A stretch of DNA of 58,287 bases from Minisyncoccota bacterium (GCA_041674105.1 JBAYWK010000004.1:1-58287); one strand, 5' to 3'; shown: positions 38,133 through 47,699, counted from the stretch's first letter. The notes: a model not told the origin generated them from the letters alone. Numbers and translations are program-made.

Positions 38133-38167
38133 ACTGTTAAAAATGCTAAATTATTAATTTAAACTAA

Positions 38168-38842
38168 CTATTCCGAAACTTCTTCTGTTACGGGTCTGGT
38201 AACTATAAACAGGCTAAGTTTTACACTATTGCTTCCAGCTTTATCTCCTAAACTACCAAATAAAGAGTTTCCACCGTATTTAATACCCCAAAGAGATGTG
38301 TCCATATCTACATCACCAGAGGCTATAAAAGTAGAATCTTTTTGTTTAGAAATTATTGCTGGAAAAGTTACTTCTTTTGTTATTCCCTTTAGAGTTAGAT
38401 TGCCTGTCACAGTATAGTCTGCTGGGGTTATAGGAGTTTTTGATATCTTTGTTATCTCAAATTTTGCAGTTGGATATATCTCTGTATTAAAAAACTCTAC
38501 TGATTTAAAATATACCTCCAGTTTATCTGCATTATTATTCTCTTTTATACTATTAAGATCAACCTCAAAAGAACCTCCTGTGACAATACCGTCTTTTATA
38601 GTACCCTTTCCAGAAGCAAATTTGGCTGTTCCTTTGTAACTTTTAGTATCAGAGGTTTCTAAAGACCAATTTATATTACTTTTGTTTGTATCTACTTCAA
38701 ATGTTCCCACTGGAGTAGGTTTCGGTAAATCACTTCCCTGTTGTATCATAGGAATATCTTTACCTGCTTTGCTTTTATAGAAGTAAAAACCTCCTAGCAC
38801 CAAAATTCCAATAATAAGTATGCTTATAATCGTATACTTCAT
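38168..38842 (-). CDS. YceI-like domain protein, membrane-anchored
   Basis: VDTNKSNINW, FFNTEIYPTAKF, GNLTLKGITKEV. Confidence 0.88.
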   Translation of the reverse strand: MKYTIISILIIGILVLGGFYFYKSKAGKDIPMIQQGSDLPKPTPVGTFEVDTNKSNINWSLETSDTKSYKGTAKFASGKGTIKDGIVTGGSFEVDLNSIKENNNADKLEVYFKSVEFFNTEIYPTAKFEITKISKTPITPADYTVTGNLTLKGITKEVTFPAIISKQKDSTFIASGDVDMDTSLWGIKYGGNSLFGSLGDKAGSNSVKLSLFIVTRPVTEEVSE

Positions 38843-38909
38843 TTTTTTAAAAGTAGGAAATCTTGATTTTTAAATCCCTTATCCCCTACCAAATTAAGCT
38901 TATAATAAT

Positions 38910-40127
38910 CTAATCTTTTTTCTCTTCTTCGTCTTTTCTTCTTCTCCAAAAAATAATAATCAAAAAGAGTAATATTATAATACCAAATAACCACAAAGCT
39001 GTCTTCCAAGAAAATGTGTCCAACCCAAGTATGGCACTAGCTGTTTGATCTTTATCGTCACTCGAATCTAAATCTTCTGTATCAGTAGTATTTTGAACAC
39101 CTACATCAATACTTTCTGTACCAGCCGTATTTATTTGACCAAAACTATTTGAATTTGAAGAAGTATTTCCACCATTTGAACCAGTAGAAGGTGCTCCTCC
39201 GCTAGGATAATTTTGAGAGATGAGAGTACCGTTTATATTGCCTACAGCTAAAACTTTTCCAGCCTTATCTACAGAAAACAAATACTCGTATCCAATAGTA
39301 GGAGGAGATGCTTTTGAAACAACTCTCATACTGTAAACCTGAAGAGGAATAAGTCCTGATATCAGAACTGAATGGCTTGTAATTTTATTTGTATCTTCCA
39401 AAGAAGCCAAAGGGTAACCATAGTTTGAAGCTGAGAGGTTTAGATTGTAAGGACCAGAAGACTCCAATCCATAAATGACCTGACTTGTAGCAGGAATATT
39501 TGTATCCCAAGTGACCACAACAGAGTTTAACTCTGGAGGATTTATACTGTTTATAATTTCATTACTTATTATTAGTTTTTTTGCTCCTATAATAAGTCCA
39601 TTGCCACCACTTCCACCACCATTAGAAGATCCCCCACCGCCAAAACTTGTTGTTATATCATTTATAACCTCACCTCCTTCAAAGAGGAGCTGAAGATTAA
39701 AAGAGAAAGTTTTGTTTTGATATTCATTTTGGTCTGTAGGTAAAAATGTAGCAATAAACAAAACCTCTTCATTTTGACCAGCTGGTATCTGGGATAAAGC
39801 TACGCTAGATTTATCAAAAAATTCTGTAAATGTCCCATCAAAAAGAGTTGTGTTTCCTTGTTTTATTTTCAAATTTACCAAATCTCCAAAACCCTCGTTT
39901 TCCACATTTGTGGCCCGCACAGAAACACCCAAAGGACTTTCTGTATTGTTTGTCATTTTTACAAACCTAGTCACAGAGTCTTGTGGCAAGAAGCTAATCT
40001 CGCTAAATAAAGGAGTCTTTTCAAATTGAACGGAAACGGAAGATTGGGCATACACAAAACCACCACTGCTTACAATAATAGATGTGATTCCCAAAATATA
40101 TGCAAATGTGTGTAATAATTTTTTCAT
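38910..40127 (-). CDS. Secreted protein with a TasA-like N-terminal domain, Gly-rich linker, FN3-like domain and C-terminal TM anchor
   Basis: Signal peptide; FLPQDSVTRFVKMTN...QNEYQNKTFSFNL; VVTWDTNIPATSQVIYG (FN3-like); LWLFGIIILLFLIIIFWRRRK anchor. Confidence 0.65.
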   Translation of the reverse strand: MKKLLHTFAYILGITSIIVSSGGFVYAQSSVSVQFEKTPLFSEISFLPQDSVTRFVKMTNNTESPLGVSVRATNVENEGFGDLVNLKIKQGNTTLFDGTFTEFFDKSSVALSQIPAGQNEEVLFIATFLPTDQNEYQNKTFSFNLQLLFEGGEVINDITTSFGGGGSSNGGGSGGNGLIIGAKKLIISNEIINSINPPELNSVVVTWDTNIPATSQVIYGLESSGPYNLNLSASNYGYPLASLEDTNKITSHSVLISGLIPLQVYSMRVVSKASPPTIGYEYLFSVDKAGKVLAVGNINGTLISQNYPSGGAPSTGSNGGNTSSNSNSFGQINTAGTESIDVGVQNTTDTEDLDSSDDKDQTASAILGLDTFSWKTALWLFGIIILLFLIIIFWRRRKDEEEKKD

Positions 40128-40131
40128 ATTT

Positions 40132-42024
40132 TTATTCTATTGTTTCTGGGTTATCTACCACAGGTTCTGGCTCTGCTTCTGGTAAAATTACTGGTTGTGA
40201 TTCTTCTTCAATAACTACCTTATCATCATTTGATTCTTCCTGTGTTTTCTCTACTGGTTCAGAAATAACTTCTTCCAAAACAACTTCTTCTTCTATGACT
40301 TCAGGCTCTTCTTCTGCTGTAACAACCTCCTTGGGTTCTTCGACTGTTTCTTCTGAGATTTCTTCTGTTCCCGCCACTTTTTCTTCCTCAACATTGTTTT
40401 CCACACCTTCAGGTTTTAGCCCTTCTTCCACAGGAGTAAGAGCTCCCGATATTTCTACAATAGGACTCTCTTCTTCTGGTTGTGTCAGAAGTATTTGGAA
40501 AGGAGCAGGATCATATATTTTACCACTATTCATTTTTGTATTGAGCATTGGATTTTCTGGGCCAAAAGCAACAATCTTTAACCAGATGTATCCCAAAAAT
40601 CCTGAAGGAACTTGCCAACTATAACTTCCAGTATTTGAAAGCTTCTGCCCTATGGAAACTTCCTCGTCTGAAGGAGTCAGAGAAGCTGAACCGTCAGTAT
40701 CTTTTATAAATGCCAAATCTATCAAAAGGTCATTGTCGGCTCCATTTGGATTTGTAGCTGTCCAAGTAATGTTGTAGTTGTATGTCCAATACCAAGTTAG
40801 AGTTCCACTCTGGTCTGGGTAGATTAGATCTAAGACAGGAGGAGTAAGTTTTACAAAATCTGACGCCTGATTTGTATCATAACCATTTGGTTTTCTACCC
40901 AAAGTAGAACCCCCTGGCACATCCAAGGCCCCTGGATTCCACACATTTTCATTATAATTTACCCAAGTTGTAGTGGCAGTTCCCCAGTTCATCTGATCTA
41001 TTATTATTCCATCTGGTCTTTTCAAAACCAACATATCAGCAGTATTAGCTAAACCGTTTCCAATTGAACCTCCTAAAACAATAGAAACCACACCATCTGC
41101 TCTCTGCCAATAATCCCAAGTGGACTCATCTGGAGCTATAACAGCAAAACCTTTGGCTGGTATCGGGTCACTTGTTGGTATCGTATCACAAGCTGTATTA
41201 TCACAAATTTTCCAACCTGTAATATCTATATCAGTATCTGTTTGGTTGTATATTTCTACCCATTCGTTTGTCGTATCAACTCCTCTTTTCGGAGAATCAA
41301 CATCATAATAGACTTTATTTATCCTCAGTCCCCAAGAATAAATAGTTGTAGAGGCAATCTCGTTATCAACAAAACCTCCACCCAAAATAGGATCGGAATT
41401 TTGAACAGCATTGTATGTAAAATTAAAAGTACAAACAGAGTTTGGCGTAGAAGAAGCAGAAAGTGTATTAAAAGTTATATCCCACAAGTCTGGTGTAGAT
41501 GTAGATATTAAAGTTGTTGTAGCTGAAACAAAAGTTGTAGTACTTCCCACCTGCCAAGGATTTCCATTTAGAGAAATGCCCAGACTCAAATCATTACAAA
41601 AACTCAAATCCCCAGAGGCATTGGTAGTGCTAGCGTTGTATATAAAAGGACTACTTTGCGGGCCACCTTGTATTTTTATTTGTTTTTTTGTTGTTGTGCC
41701 AGAACCAAAACTTAAAGATGACTCCAAGGTGTCTAGGTCTCCATTTAAGACTTCTATATCCACTACTCCAGCCTGCAAATTATTGTATGAAGTTTCTACA
41801 TCATTGTAATAAGAAGTGGTGATCCCTATAAAACTTGGACCACTAAACCAAATAATAGCCACCAGAGATGCAAAAGCGACTCTAGCCAAAACATAATTGT
41901 GGTCAACTTTTTTGAATTTTCTTTTGGTTCTTTTATAAAACCTTAGATATGTTTTAGAAATACTCTTATAAAGTGTCTTTATTTTTTTTACAAATCTATT
42001 CTTTTTTACATATCTTCTCTTCAT
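40132..42024 (-). CDS. SipW-substrate-like protein with a lamin-tail domain and acidic C-terminal tail
   Basis: TM followed by TTSYYNDVETSYNNLQAGVVDI; LRINKVYYD..NEWVEIYNQT..IDITGWKICD (LTD); Glu-rich tail. Confidence 0.75.
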   Translation of the reverse strand: MKRRYVKKNRFVKKIKTLYKSISKTYLRFYKRTKRKFKKVDHNYVLARVAFASLVAIIWFSGPSFIGITTSYYNDVETSYNNLQAGVVDIEVLNGDLDTLESSLSFGSGTTTKKQIKIQGGPQSSPFIYNASTTNASGDLSFCNDLSLGISLNGNPWQVGSTTTFVSATTTLISTSTPDLWDITFNTLSASSTPNSVCTFNFTYNAVQNSDPILGGGFVDNEIASTTIYSWGLRINKVYYDVDSPKRGVDTTNEWVEIYNQTDTDIDITGWKICDNTACDTIPTSDPIPAKGFAVIAPDESTWDYWQRADGVVSIVLGGSIGNGLANTADMLVLKRPDGIIIDQMNWGTATTTWVNYNENVWNPGALDVPGGSTLGRKPNGYDTNQASDFVKLTPPVLDLIYPDQSGTLTWYWTYNYNITWTATNPNGADNDLLIDLAFIKDTDGSASLTPSDEEVSIGQKLSNTGSYSWQVPSGFLGYIWLKIVAFGPENPMLNTKMNSGKIYDPAPFQILLTQPEEESPIVEISGALTPVEEGLKPEGVENNVEEEKVAGTEEISEETVEEPKEVVTAEEEPEVIEEEVVLEEVISEPVEKTQEESNDDKVVIEEESQPVILPEAEPEPVVDNPETIE

Positions 42025-42031
42025 TTTGGTT

Positions 42032-42583
42032 TTATTCCTGCTCTATTTCCTCCTTTTCCTTTTGTTCTTTTATTTTCTTCTTTTTCATCTTCTTTACTTC
42101 TTTCATTATTTTCACAACCTCGTCATAGACTATAAAAAGAGCTGGGATAACAATAATCAGAATAATTCCTGTTGGTTTCCTAGCAAAGTCTATAATGTAA
42201 CCAATAAAAGGAACTGAAAGCAAAACCTTTCCAACTATATCTTCTTCTGTAATCTCACCTGGATCTACAGCATTATTCGCATCACCTTTTGTGGCAAACA
42301 AGAGTGTCCCGCTAGAAACTCTGCTAGAAACTATTCTGTGTGTAGTCGGAATCTCATTTTTCTTTTTACCACCAAAAGTGACCACATCTCCCACTCCGTA
42401 CTGACTTTCTGGTTTTACTATGACAATACTTCCTACTTTTATTGTTGGCTCCATAGAACCAGAAGAAACTATTTTAACTTGGAAGTTTCCTTTTATAGGA
42501 AAAAGAGTAATGAGAAGTAAAATCCCTATTAAAATAACAAATGTATAAAGAACTGAATATAAAATTTTAAAGACTTTGTTCAT
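42032..42583 (-). CDS. sipW: SipW-type (S26B) signal peptidase I
   Basis: VSSGSMEPTI, GDVVTF, TTHRIV (Ser-His), TKGDANN..D; flanking TM helices. Confidence 0.92.
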   Translation of the reverse strand: MNKVFKILYSVLYTFVILIGILLLITLFPIKGNFQVKIVSSGSMEPTIKVGSIVIVKPESQYGVGDVVTFGGKKKNEIPTTHRIVSSRVSSGTLLFATKGDANNAVDPGEITEEDIVGKVLLSVPFIGYIIDFARKPTGIILIIVIPALFIVYDEVVKIMKEVKKMKKKKIKEQKEKEEIEQE

Positions 42584-42647
42584 TTTTTATGTAAAGTCTT
42601 AATCCCCACCACAAGAGATTGTGGTGAGTCAAAGACTTCAAACTATC

Positions 42648-44003
42648 TTATAGGTTAGGCTGAGGTGGTGATACCGGCTTATCTAGTTCCGGTACTGGAG
42701 TATAAGGAGGTTGACTTGCGATATTATCACAAGAGAACTCTGGATTATTTCTTGTCTGCACAGCATATGCTGTAAGTGAGGCTGCAAATGAATCTGACTG
42801 TGCGTTATTTAACATTCCCGATCCATCACAAACTAAAGCATCTCCATCTAGAGATAATGTTCCTGCACACCAAGCTAAACCAATATTTTTTGTAGTTGTA
42901 GCTGTAAGGAACTGTTGATTTCCAGAATCCAAACTCATCAAACTACCAAAGCTACTTAGAGGAGCAGGTCCTGTAATAATACCTTCTCCACTATCATGAA
43001 CACCGTTTGCATTTGTGTCCATCCAAGTAACAACATCTAAGTAATTTGAAAGTTCACCATTTCCTGAAGGATTTCCAACATTAGGAAGATCCCCTGTTTC
43101 AGATTCCTGAATTCCATTTTCTTGATCATCTTTGTTGTGAACGATTAGACAAGCATAAGCGTCGTTGTCATAGACGTGTAGAGAGATAACATTTGAACCT
43201 TCATCCCCTGGTTTTATATCACCAAAGTTGAAGAATGAGTCACCTTCTCCCAAATCTTTCTCTGTCCAAAGACGACAAGCGTTTTGGAAACCTGGAACAC
43301 TATTCTCAAATTCTTGTCCACATTGACCATCAATATGAAGTGCATATTTAAGACCTGCTGGATTATTTAGCACAGTACCATTTGGTTGTGCCCAGTTTTT
43401 AACCACAAATTGAAGAGTGTTAGTCCCTTGAACAATGTAAGGTGTCAAATCAACTGCTATAACATCAGCGGTGCTGTGATTGTTTTCTGATGCGTCATAG
43501 GCGATTTTTGTTCCATTAAGCCATACTTCATAACTATTGTCCGTAGCAACTGCAAAGTTTACAATTGCTTGGTCAAACGGTCCGTTCCAAGTAAACTTCT
43601 TTTCAAATGTGTAAGTTACATCAGTTGTAACATCAGCTAGAAGCACTGGATCGGTCGCCCAAATCCACTCTGCACCTGGAATATTTGCATCCCAGTTAGA
43701 ACCAGATGTTGTAACAGATGTAGGTGACACTAACACCGCTGTGTGAGGGAAAGACACAGGGTCACTACCCCCAACTGTTGCTACTACCATATTGCTTGTG
43801 TCGGAAACCAAATCAACATCACAAGTCCTACAATCTACACCATTGTAAGTTTGTTTTGTGTGATCTACTTTTAGGTCAATTGATCCTGCAGTAAAGATGT
43901 TACCTGATGAAGTTTCTTGGTCGTTATAGAACGCGCCAGTCACTCCCCAGACAATTCCTCCAACAAGAGCAATTACACCCAAACTTAATAATATTTTTTT
44001 CAT
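42648..44003 (-). CDS. TasA/CalY-family protein with a SipW-cognate signal peptide and an inserted beta-sandwich domain
   Basis: MKKILLSLGVI...TGAFYNDQETSSGNIFTAGSIDLKVD; FNFGDIKPGDEG; NNAQSDSFAASL. Confidence 0.85.
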   Translation of the reverse strand: MKKILLSLGVIALVGGIVWGVTGAFYNDQETSSGNIFTAGSIDLKVDHTKQTYNGVDCRTCDVDLVSDTSNMVVATVGGSDPVSFPHTAVLVSPTSVTTSGSNWDANIPGAEWIWATDPVLLADVTTDVTYTFEKKFTWNGPFDQAIVNFAVATDNSYEVWLNGTKIAYDASENNHSTADVIAVDLTPYIVQGTNTLQFVVKNWAQPNGTVLNNPAGLKYALHIDGQCGQEFENSVPGFQNACRLWTEKDLGEGDSFFNFGDIKPGDEGSNVISLHVYDNDAYACLIVHNKDDQENGIQESETGDLPNVGNPSGNGELSNYLDVVTWMDTNANGVHDSGEGIITGPAPLSSFGSLMSLDSGNQQFLTATTTKNIGLAWCAGTLSLDGDALVCDGSGMLNNAQSDSFAASLTAYAVQTRNNPEFSCDNIASQPPYTPVPELDKPVSPPQPNL

Positions 44004-44022
44004 AATTGCTTTTTGTTAATAA

Positions 44023-45390
44023 TTAATTTTCAAAATCGTGAACTATTCCGTTAAAGATAAGATTATCTACAAGAACAACCTGGTCTTTATTGTAAGTACC
44101 CATTCCAATACTGATACCAACAACCTTTGCGTTTGGATATTCAGCTAATAGTTGATTAAGTGTGAAATTAACTGGAGGATAACCACCTCCGCCACTTGAA
44201 TTATTTCCGTTAATAAGAACGCCATTTACCCAGAAAGTACCATCAGCTAGTGTAGCAGCCCAATTCTGCCAAGTACCATTTGTAATTGATGCGTCATTAA
44301 GACTGTCATATGCCGCGATGTTATAATACGGTTCAAATGTAACATCTTTAACAAGTGTGCCGTCATCAAGAAAATCAATAACTAGTCGGAAACTTGCATT
44401 TCCATTTATAGGATCAAATGCTGAGATTTGTTTTGAATCGTATGAGAATCCACTGATAGTTGAGAGTTTAACATCCTCGGCATGATTATATCGTACTCGA
44501 GAATTAACATCATCAGCTGTTGTTAACTGAAGAACCTTTGAACCTAGTGGTGCGTTAGCATCTTCTACAAATGCAACATCTCCACCGTCTTGAGTACCAT
44601 TTTCTGTCCAAACGATTTCTGGTTCTTGTGATTGTCCCCAATCTGAACACTTAAATTGTCCATTGTTTCTAGACTGAACAGTGTAGAAAGAAATATCTCC
44701 AGTTAGACTATCTGTTTGTGTTATGTTTCCTGATGTAGAAGGAAGTCCCCACTTTACACCTAAGTAAGTAGTAGTAGCTCCTGTCAAAGGTGCTCCTGTA
44801 GTTGAGTCATAGAGAGCCAAAACTCCATTTACAGGTTGTCCTGAAAGTAATGGAACTTCATCGTTATTCATAATATTATCCCCATCATCCTTCCAAATTG
44901 TCCAAACCATTTCTTCATCTAACTCGCCTTTTGCATTTGTATCATTTATTTTTACTTCTGGGCCTGTTAGACTATTTTCATCACTTGATAAGTTTGATAC
45001 AGCAGCACAAAGCCACGCATCGTTGTTTATAACATGAAGACTTATAGTGTTTTCACCAGAATCTCCTGGTTTTATATCATTAAAACTGAAGAATTTTTCA
45101 CCGACAATGTCTAACCCATTGCCATCTTGTCCCCAAGTACCTCCACAAGCGCTTCCTATAACAGGATATTGTGGAATTGTTTCTGAAGCATCTTGTTCAA
45201 GTGCCCACACTCCATTAACACAAATAGCATTGTTGTAGTGTTGCTGACTGTCTATTTTCAAATCAATTGCTCCAGCTGTAAAAACATTTGCAGTTGAAGT
45301 TTCTGTATCAGAGAAAAAAGCTCCTGTGGCACTTATTGAAATAGCAGCCACTATAGCGATTACTCCTAAACTTAGTAATATTTTTTTCAT
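44023..45390 (-). CDS. TasA/CalY-family protein with a SipW-cognate signal peptide and an appended C-terminal domain
   Basis: MKKILLSLGVI...TGAFFSDTETSTANVFTAGAIDLKID; FSFNDIKPGDSGENTISLHV; QTDSLTGDISF. Confidence 0.87.
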   Translation of the reverse strand: MKKILLSLGVIAIVAAISISATGAFFSDTETSTANVFTAGAIDLKIDSQQHYNNAICVNGVWALEQDASETIPQYPVIGSACGGTWGQDGNGLDIVGEKFFSFNDIKPGDSGENTISLHVINNDAWLCAAVSNLSSDENSLTGPEVKINDTNAKGELDEEMVWTIWKDDGDNIMNNDEVPLLSGQPVNGVLALYDSTTGAPLTGATTTYLGVKWGLPSTSGNITQTDSLTGDISFYTVQSRNNGQFKCSDWGQSQEPEIVWTENGTQDGGDVAFVEDANAPLGSKVLQLTTADDVNSRVRYNHAEDVKLSTISGFSYDSKQISAFDPINGNASFRLVIDFLDDGTLVKDVTFEPYYNIAAYDSLNDASITNGTWQNWAATLADGTFWVNGVLINGNNSSGGGGYPPVNFTLNQLLAEYPNAKVVGISIGMGTYNKDQVVLVDNLIFNGIVHDFEN

Positions 45391-45828
45391 AGTTATTTTA
45401 TTAGGCGAACATTTTTTTAAAATGTTTTAGCCCTTGATTAAATTAAACAAACGAAATTAAATAATAATTAACTTCACATGTTTACCTTTTTGTATTTCTA
45501 CAGAAAAGCAATCGACCTATGTAAAAAAACAAATATAACATCTAAACAGTGTATATATTTTGTGTACTATTGATTTGGAATAAACCCAAGACTTCCAAGC
45601 AAACCAATAATGTAAAATTGTTACAATATTATATGGATTAGTAAAGGTAGACAAATAAATATTCTATTGTGTATTGAGGTGTCTTTTTAATATATAGCCA
45701 ATCATAGCAGTCTAAGCTAAAAAATGTAAAAAAGTAAAATTAACTTTACTCCACACTTTATCCCCAATCTATCCACATTTTTACAAAAAAGTCGTTTTTT
45801 TGCTTATAATGTAAAAAGAGGTGTCTCC

Positions 45829-45936
45829 ATGAAAGAACCAATCATAGTGGTCATAGTATGGTTAGGCGGACTGACCATCTCTGTCTACTTTTGGAGTATA
45901 CTTGCAAACCTAGCTAGCATACATCTATCAAGGTAA
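45829..45936 (+). CDS. Small single-TM peptide 1 (35 aa: MKEPIIVVIVWLGGLTISVYFWSILANLASIHLSR)
   Basis: Absent from the ORF track; TATAAT at 45805-45810, GAGGTG SD, downstream hairpin 45955-45984. Confidence 0.65.
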   Translation: MKEPIIVVIVWLGGLTISVYFWSILANLASIHLSR

Positions 45937-46029
45937 CCCCAAAAGCATTTTACGATCCCCTTGCGCTGACAAAGCTAAGGGGATTTTCATATATAACTTT
46001 TTATGTATAATAAAAAAAGGAGGAGAATA

Positions 46030-46146
46030 ATGAAATACATTTTGGGTATGCTGGTGCTGTATGGCGCCAGCACTGCGTGTGTGATCTTTCTTCTAATTCT
46101 TTTTTTTAGAGAGGTAGCGAGATTTGCCACCCTCTATCCAAAATAA
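46030..46146 (+). CDS. Small single-TM peptide 2 (38 aa: MKYILGMLVLYGASTACVIFLLILFFREVARFATLYPK)
   Basis: Absent from the ORF track; TATAAT upstream, AAGGAGGAG SD, downstream hairpin 46161-46192. Confidence 0.7.
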   Translation: MKYILGMLVLYGASTACVIFLLILFFREVARFATLYPK

Positions 46147-46192
46147 AAACTCTCACAAACTCCCGTGACCGCACTAGTGTGTAGTCACGGGA

Positions 46193-46221
46193 TTGACTTT
46201 TAAACTGTTTTGGTGTATAAT
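46193..46221 (+). promoter_or_regulatory. Sigma70-type promoter for peptide 3
   Basis: TTGACT-N17-TATAAT. Confidence 0.75.
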
Positions 46222-46239
46222 AGAAGGTAGGAGGGTAGA

Positions 46240-46353
46240 ATGGGAACACTAGTTTTTCTTGGCGCTATATGTGCCTTCAGTGTTAGTGTGACCCTATTCG
46301 TGAGGCAACTCACGAGGAAGATGAATCGGGTTCTTGAAAAAACCCACCGATAA
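46240..46353 (+). CDS. Small single-TM peptide 3 (37 aa: MGTLVFLGAICAFSVSVTLFVRQLTRKMNRVLEKTHR)
   Basis: Absent from the ORF track; consensus promoter, AGGAGG SD, downstream hairpin aacccctccc/gggaggggtt at 46362-46389. Confidence 0.7.
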   Translation: MGTLVFLGAICAFSVSVTLFVRQLTRKMNRVLEKTHR

Positions 46354-46411
46354 CACCATCGAACCCCTCCCGGCTAGCAGGGAGGGGTTAAAATTTTCAT
46401 AAAAACAAACA

Positions 46412-46440
46412 AAAAAACCAGCCAAGGCTGGTCTTTTTTT
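46412..46440. terminator. Bidirectional terminator
   Basis: aaaaaaaccagcc-aa-ggctggtcttttttt. Confidence 0.7.
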
Positions 46441-46837
46441 ATTCTGAGTATTTGCCATCAAAATGGTCGTCTTTATCTGCTAGGGCATCATCTTTCGTCA
46501 CATGTACAGTTTTATCCTTATGTTCTGCTGGAGAATATATAGTATAAAGTTTCAAAGATTCTGAATCTGACTTGTTTATCACATTATGCATTGCTCCAGC
46601 GGGAACCACAATAGCTGTACCGTCCTCTACAGCGAGCTCTACGCCATTTAATACAGCCACCCCATTACCTTGTTCTACTCTAATAAATTGGTCAACCTCG
46701 TGGACCTCCTCGCCGATATCTTCCCCAGGTAAAAGCGACATCAAGACTAGCTGGCTATGTTTTGATGTATAAAGAACCTTCCTAAAATATTCATTTTCTA
46801 AAGATTCTTTTTCTATATTTGAAATATATCCTTTCAT
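46439..46837 (-). CDS. Cupin domain protein
   Basis: QLVLMSLLPGEDIGEEVHEVDQFIRVEQG...VPAGAMHNVIN...KLYTIYSP. Confidence 0.9.
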   Translation of the reverse strand: MKGYISNIEKESLENEYFRKVLYTSKHSQLVLMSLLPGEDIGEEVHEVDQFIRVEQGNGVAVLNGVELAVEDGTAIVVPAGAMHNVINKSDSESLKLYTIYSPAEHKDKTVHVTKDDALADKDDHFDGKYSE

Positions 46838-46963
46838 ATTTTTATGGTTAGTTTATAATTGAAAGCAACTGTATTGTAACATAACAAAGATAGTTGTAAT
46901 ATATTAGTCGGTTTGGTAACATAAACAATACATTATAAAATTCAAAATTTAAAAACTTAAAAT

Positions 46964-47635
46964 ATGAATCAAAAAACAATAATAGCAATAGTGATAGGAA
47001 TCCTAGTTATCGGCGGATCTTGGTATTACTACTCAAAAAATATAGCAGGAAGTATGGGAGAAAATGGAGAAGCTGTCGCTACTGTAAATGGTGAAAAAAT
47101 TACCCGTGCTGAACTAGATAAGACAGAAAACCAGATTGCTGTAGCACAAAACTTGAACATAGCTACTTTGGACGAAGCTACTCGTAAGCAACTAGAGACA
47201 CAAGCACTAGACAACCTTATTTCAAGTGAGCTTGTAAAGCAGGCTGCTAAAAAATCTGGCGAAAAAGCTACAGAAGCTGAAATAGATACGCAACTTTCTG
47301 CCACAAAAGCTCAATTTCAAGATGATGCAGCATATAAAGCAGAACTAACCGCACAAGGTATATCTGAGTCAGAATTGCGTTCAAACATTGCTTCAGATAT
47401 AGAAATCCAAGCTTACCTAAAAAAGACTCTTCCATTGGATTCAGTTACAGTTACAGACGAAGAAGTAAAGACTCTCTATGACCAAGAAGTAGCCAAAGGC
47501 GGAGAAGGTCTACCTACCTTATCTGACATTAGTGGTCAAATAAAAGCTTTCGTAACACAACAAAAACAACAACAATTAGTCCAAGCCCACCTACAAGAAT
47601 TGAAAGCTGCTGCGAAGATAGAAATACTGATCTAA
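46964..47635 (+). CDS. SurA N-terminal-domain (PrsA-like) membrane-anchored chaperone lacking a parvulin domain
   Basis: TM, VATVNGEKIT, ALDNLISSELVKQAA, ATEAEID, VTVTDEEVKTLYD. Confidence 0.8.
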   Translation: MNQKTIIAIVIGILVIGGSWYYYSKNIAGSMGENGEAVATVNGEKITRAELDKTENQIAVAQNLNIATLDEATRKQLETQALDNLISSELVKQAAKKSGEKATEAEIDTQLSATKAQFQDDAAYKAELTAQGISESELRSNIASDIEIQAYLKKTLPLDSVTVTDEEVKTLYDQEVAKGGEGLPTLSDISGQIKAFVTQQKQQQLVQAHLQELKAAAKIEILI

Positions 47636-47672
47636 TAAAGTCCGGAAATATAGCTTAGAAAATCGTTAAAAC

Positions 47673-47699
47673 AAAAAACTGCCAAATCGGCAGTTTTTT
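47673..47699 (+). terminator. Intrinsic terminator
   Basis: aaaaaactgcc-aaatc-ggcagtttttt. Confidence 0.7.

Noticed and set aside
39100-40400. Gly/Ser-rich and Glu-rich low-complexity stretches as tandem repeats
   Set aside because: They are ordinary protein linkers or tails with no periodic DNA unit.
45395-45440. Hairpin in the tasA leader (GGGCTAAAACATTTT-AAA-AAAATGTTCGCC on minus) as a c-di-GMP-I riboswitch
   Set aside because: The resemblance is superficial; the GNRA loop, receptor helix and second stem are not recognisable. An Rfam scan would settle it.
45440-45780. Hidden ORF or replication origin in the AT-rich tasA upstream region
   Set aside because: The frames checked are short or lack a start; only two imperfect DnaA-like boxes (45758-45766, 45769-45777) are present and no dnaA/dnaN is nearby.
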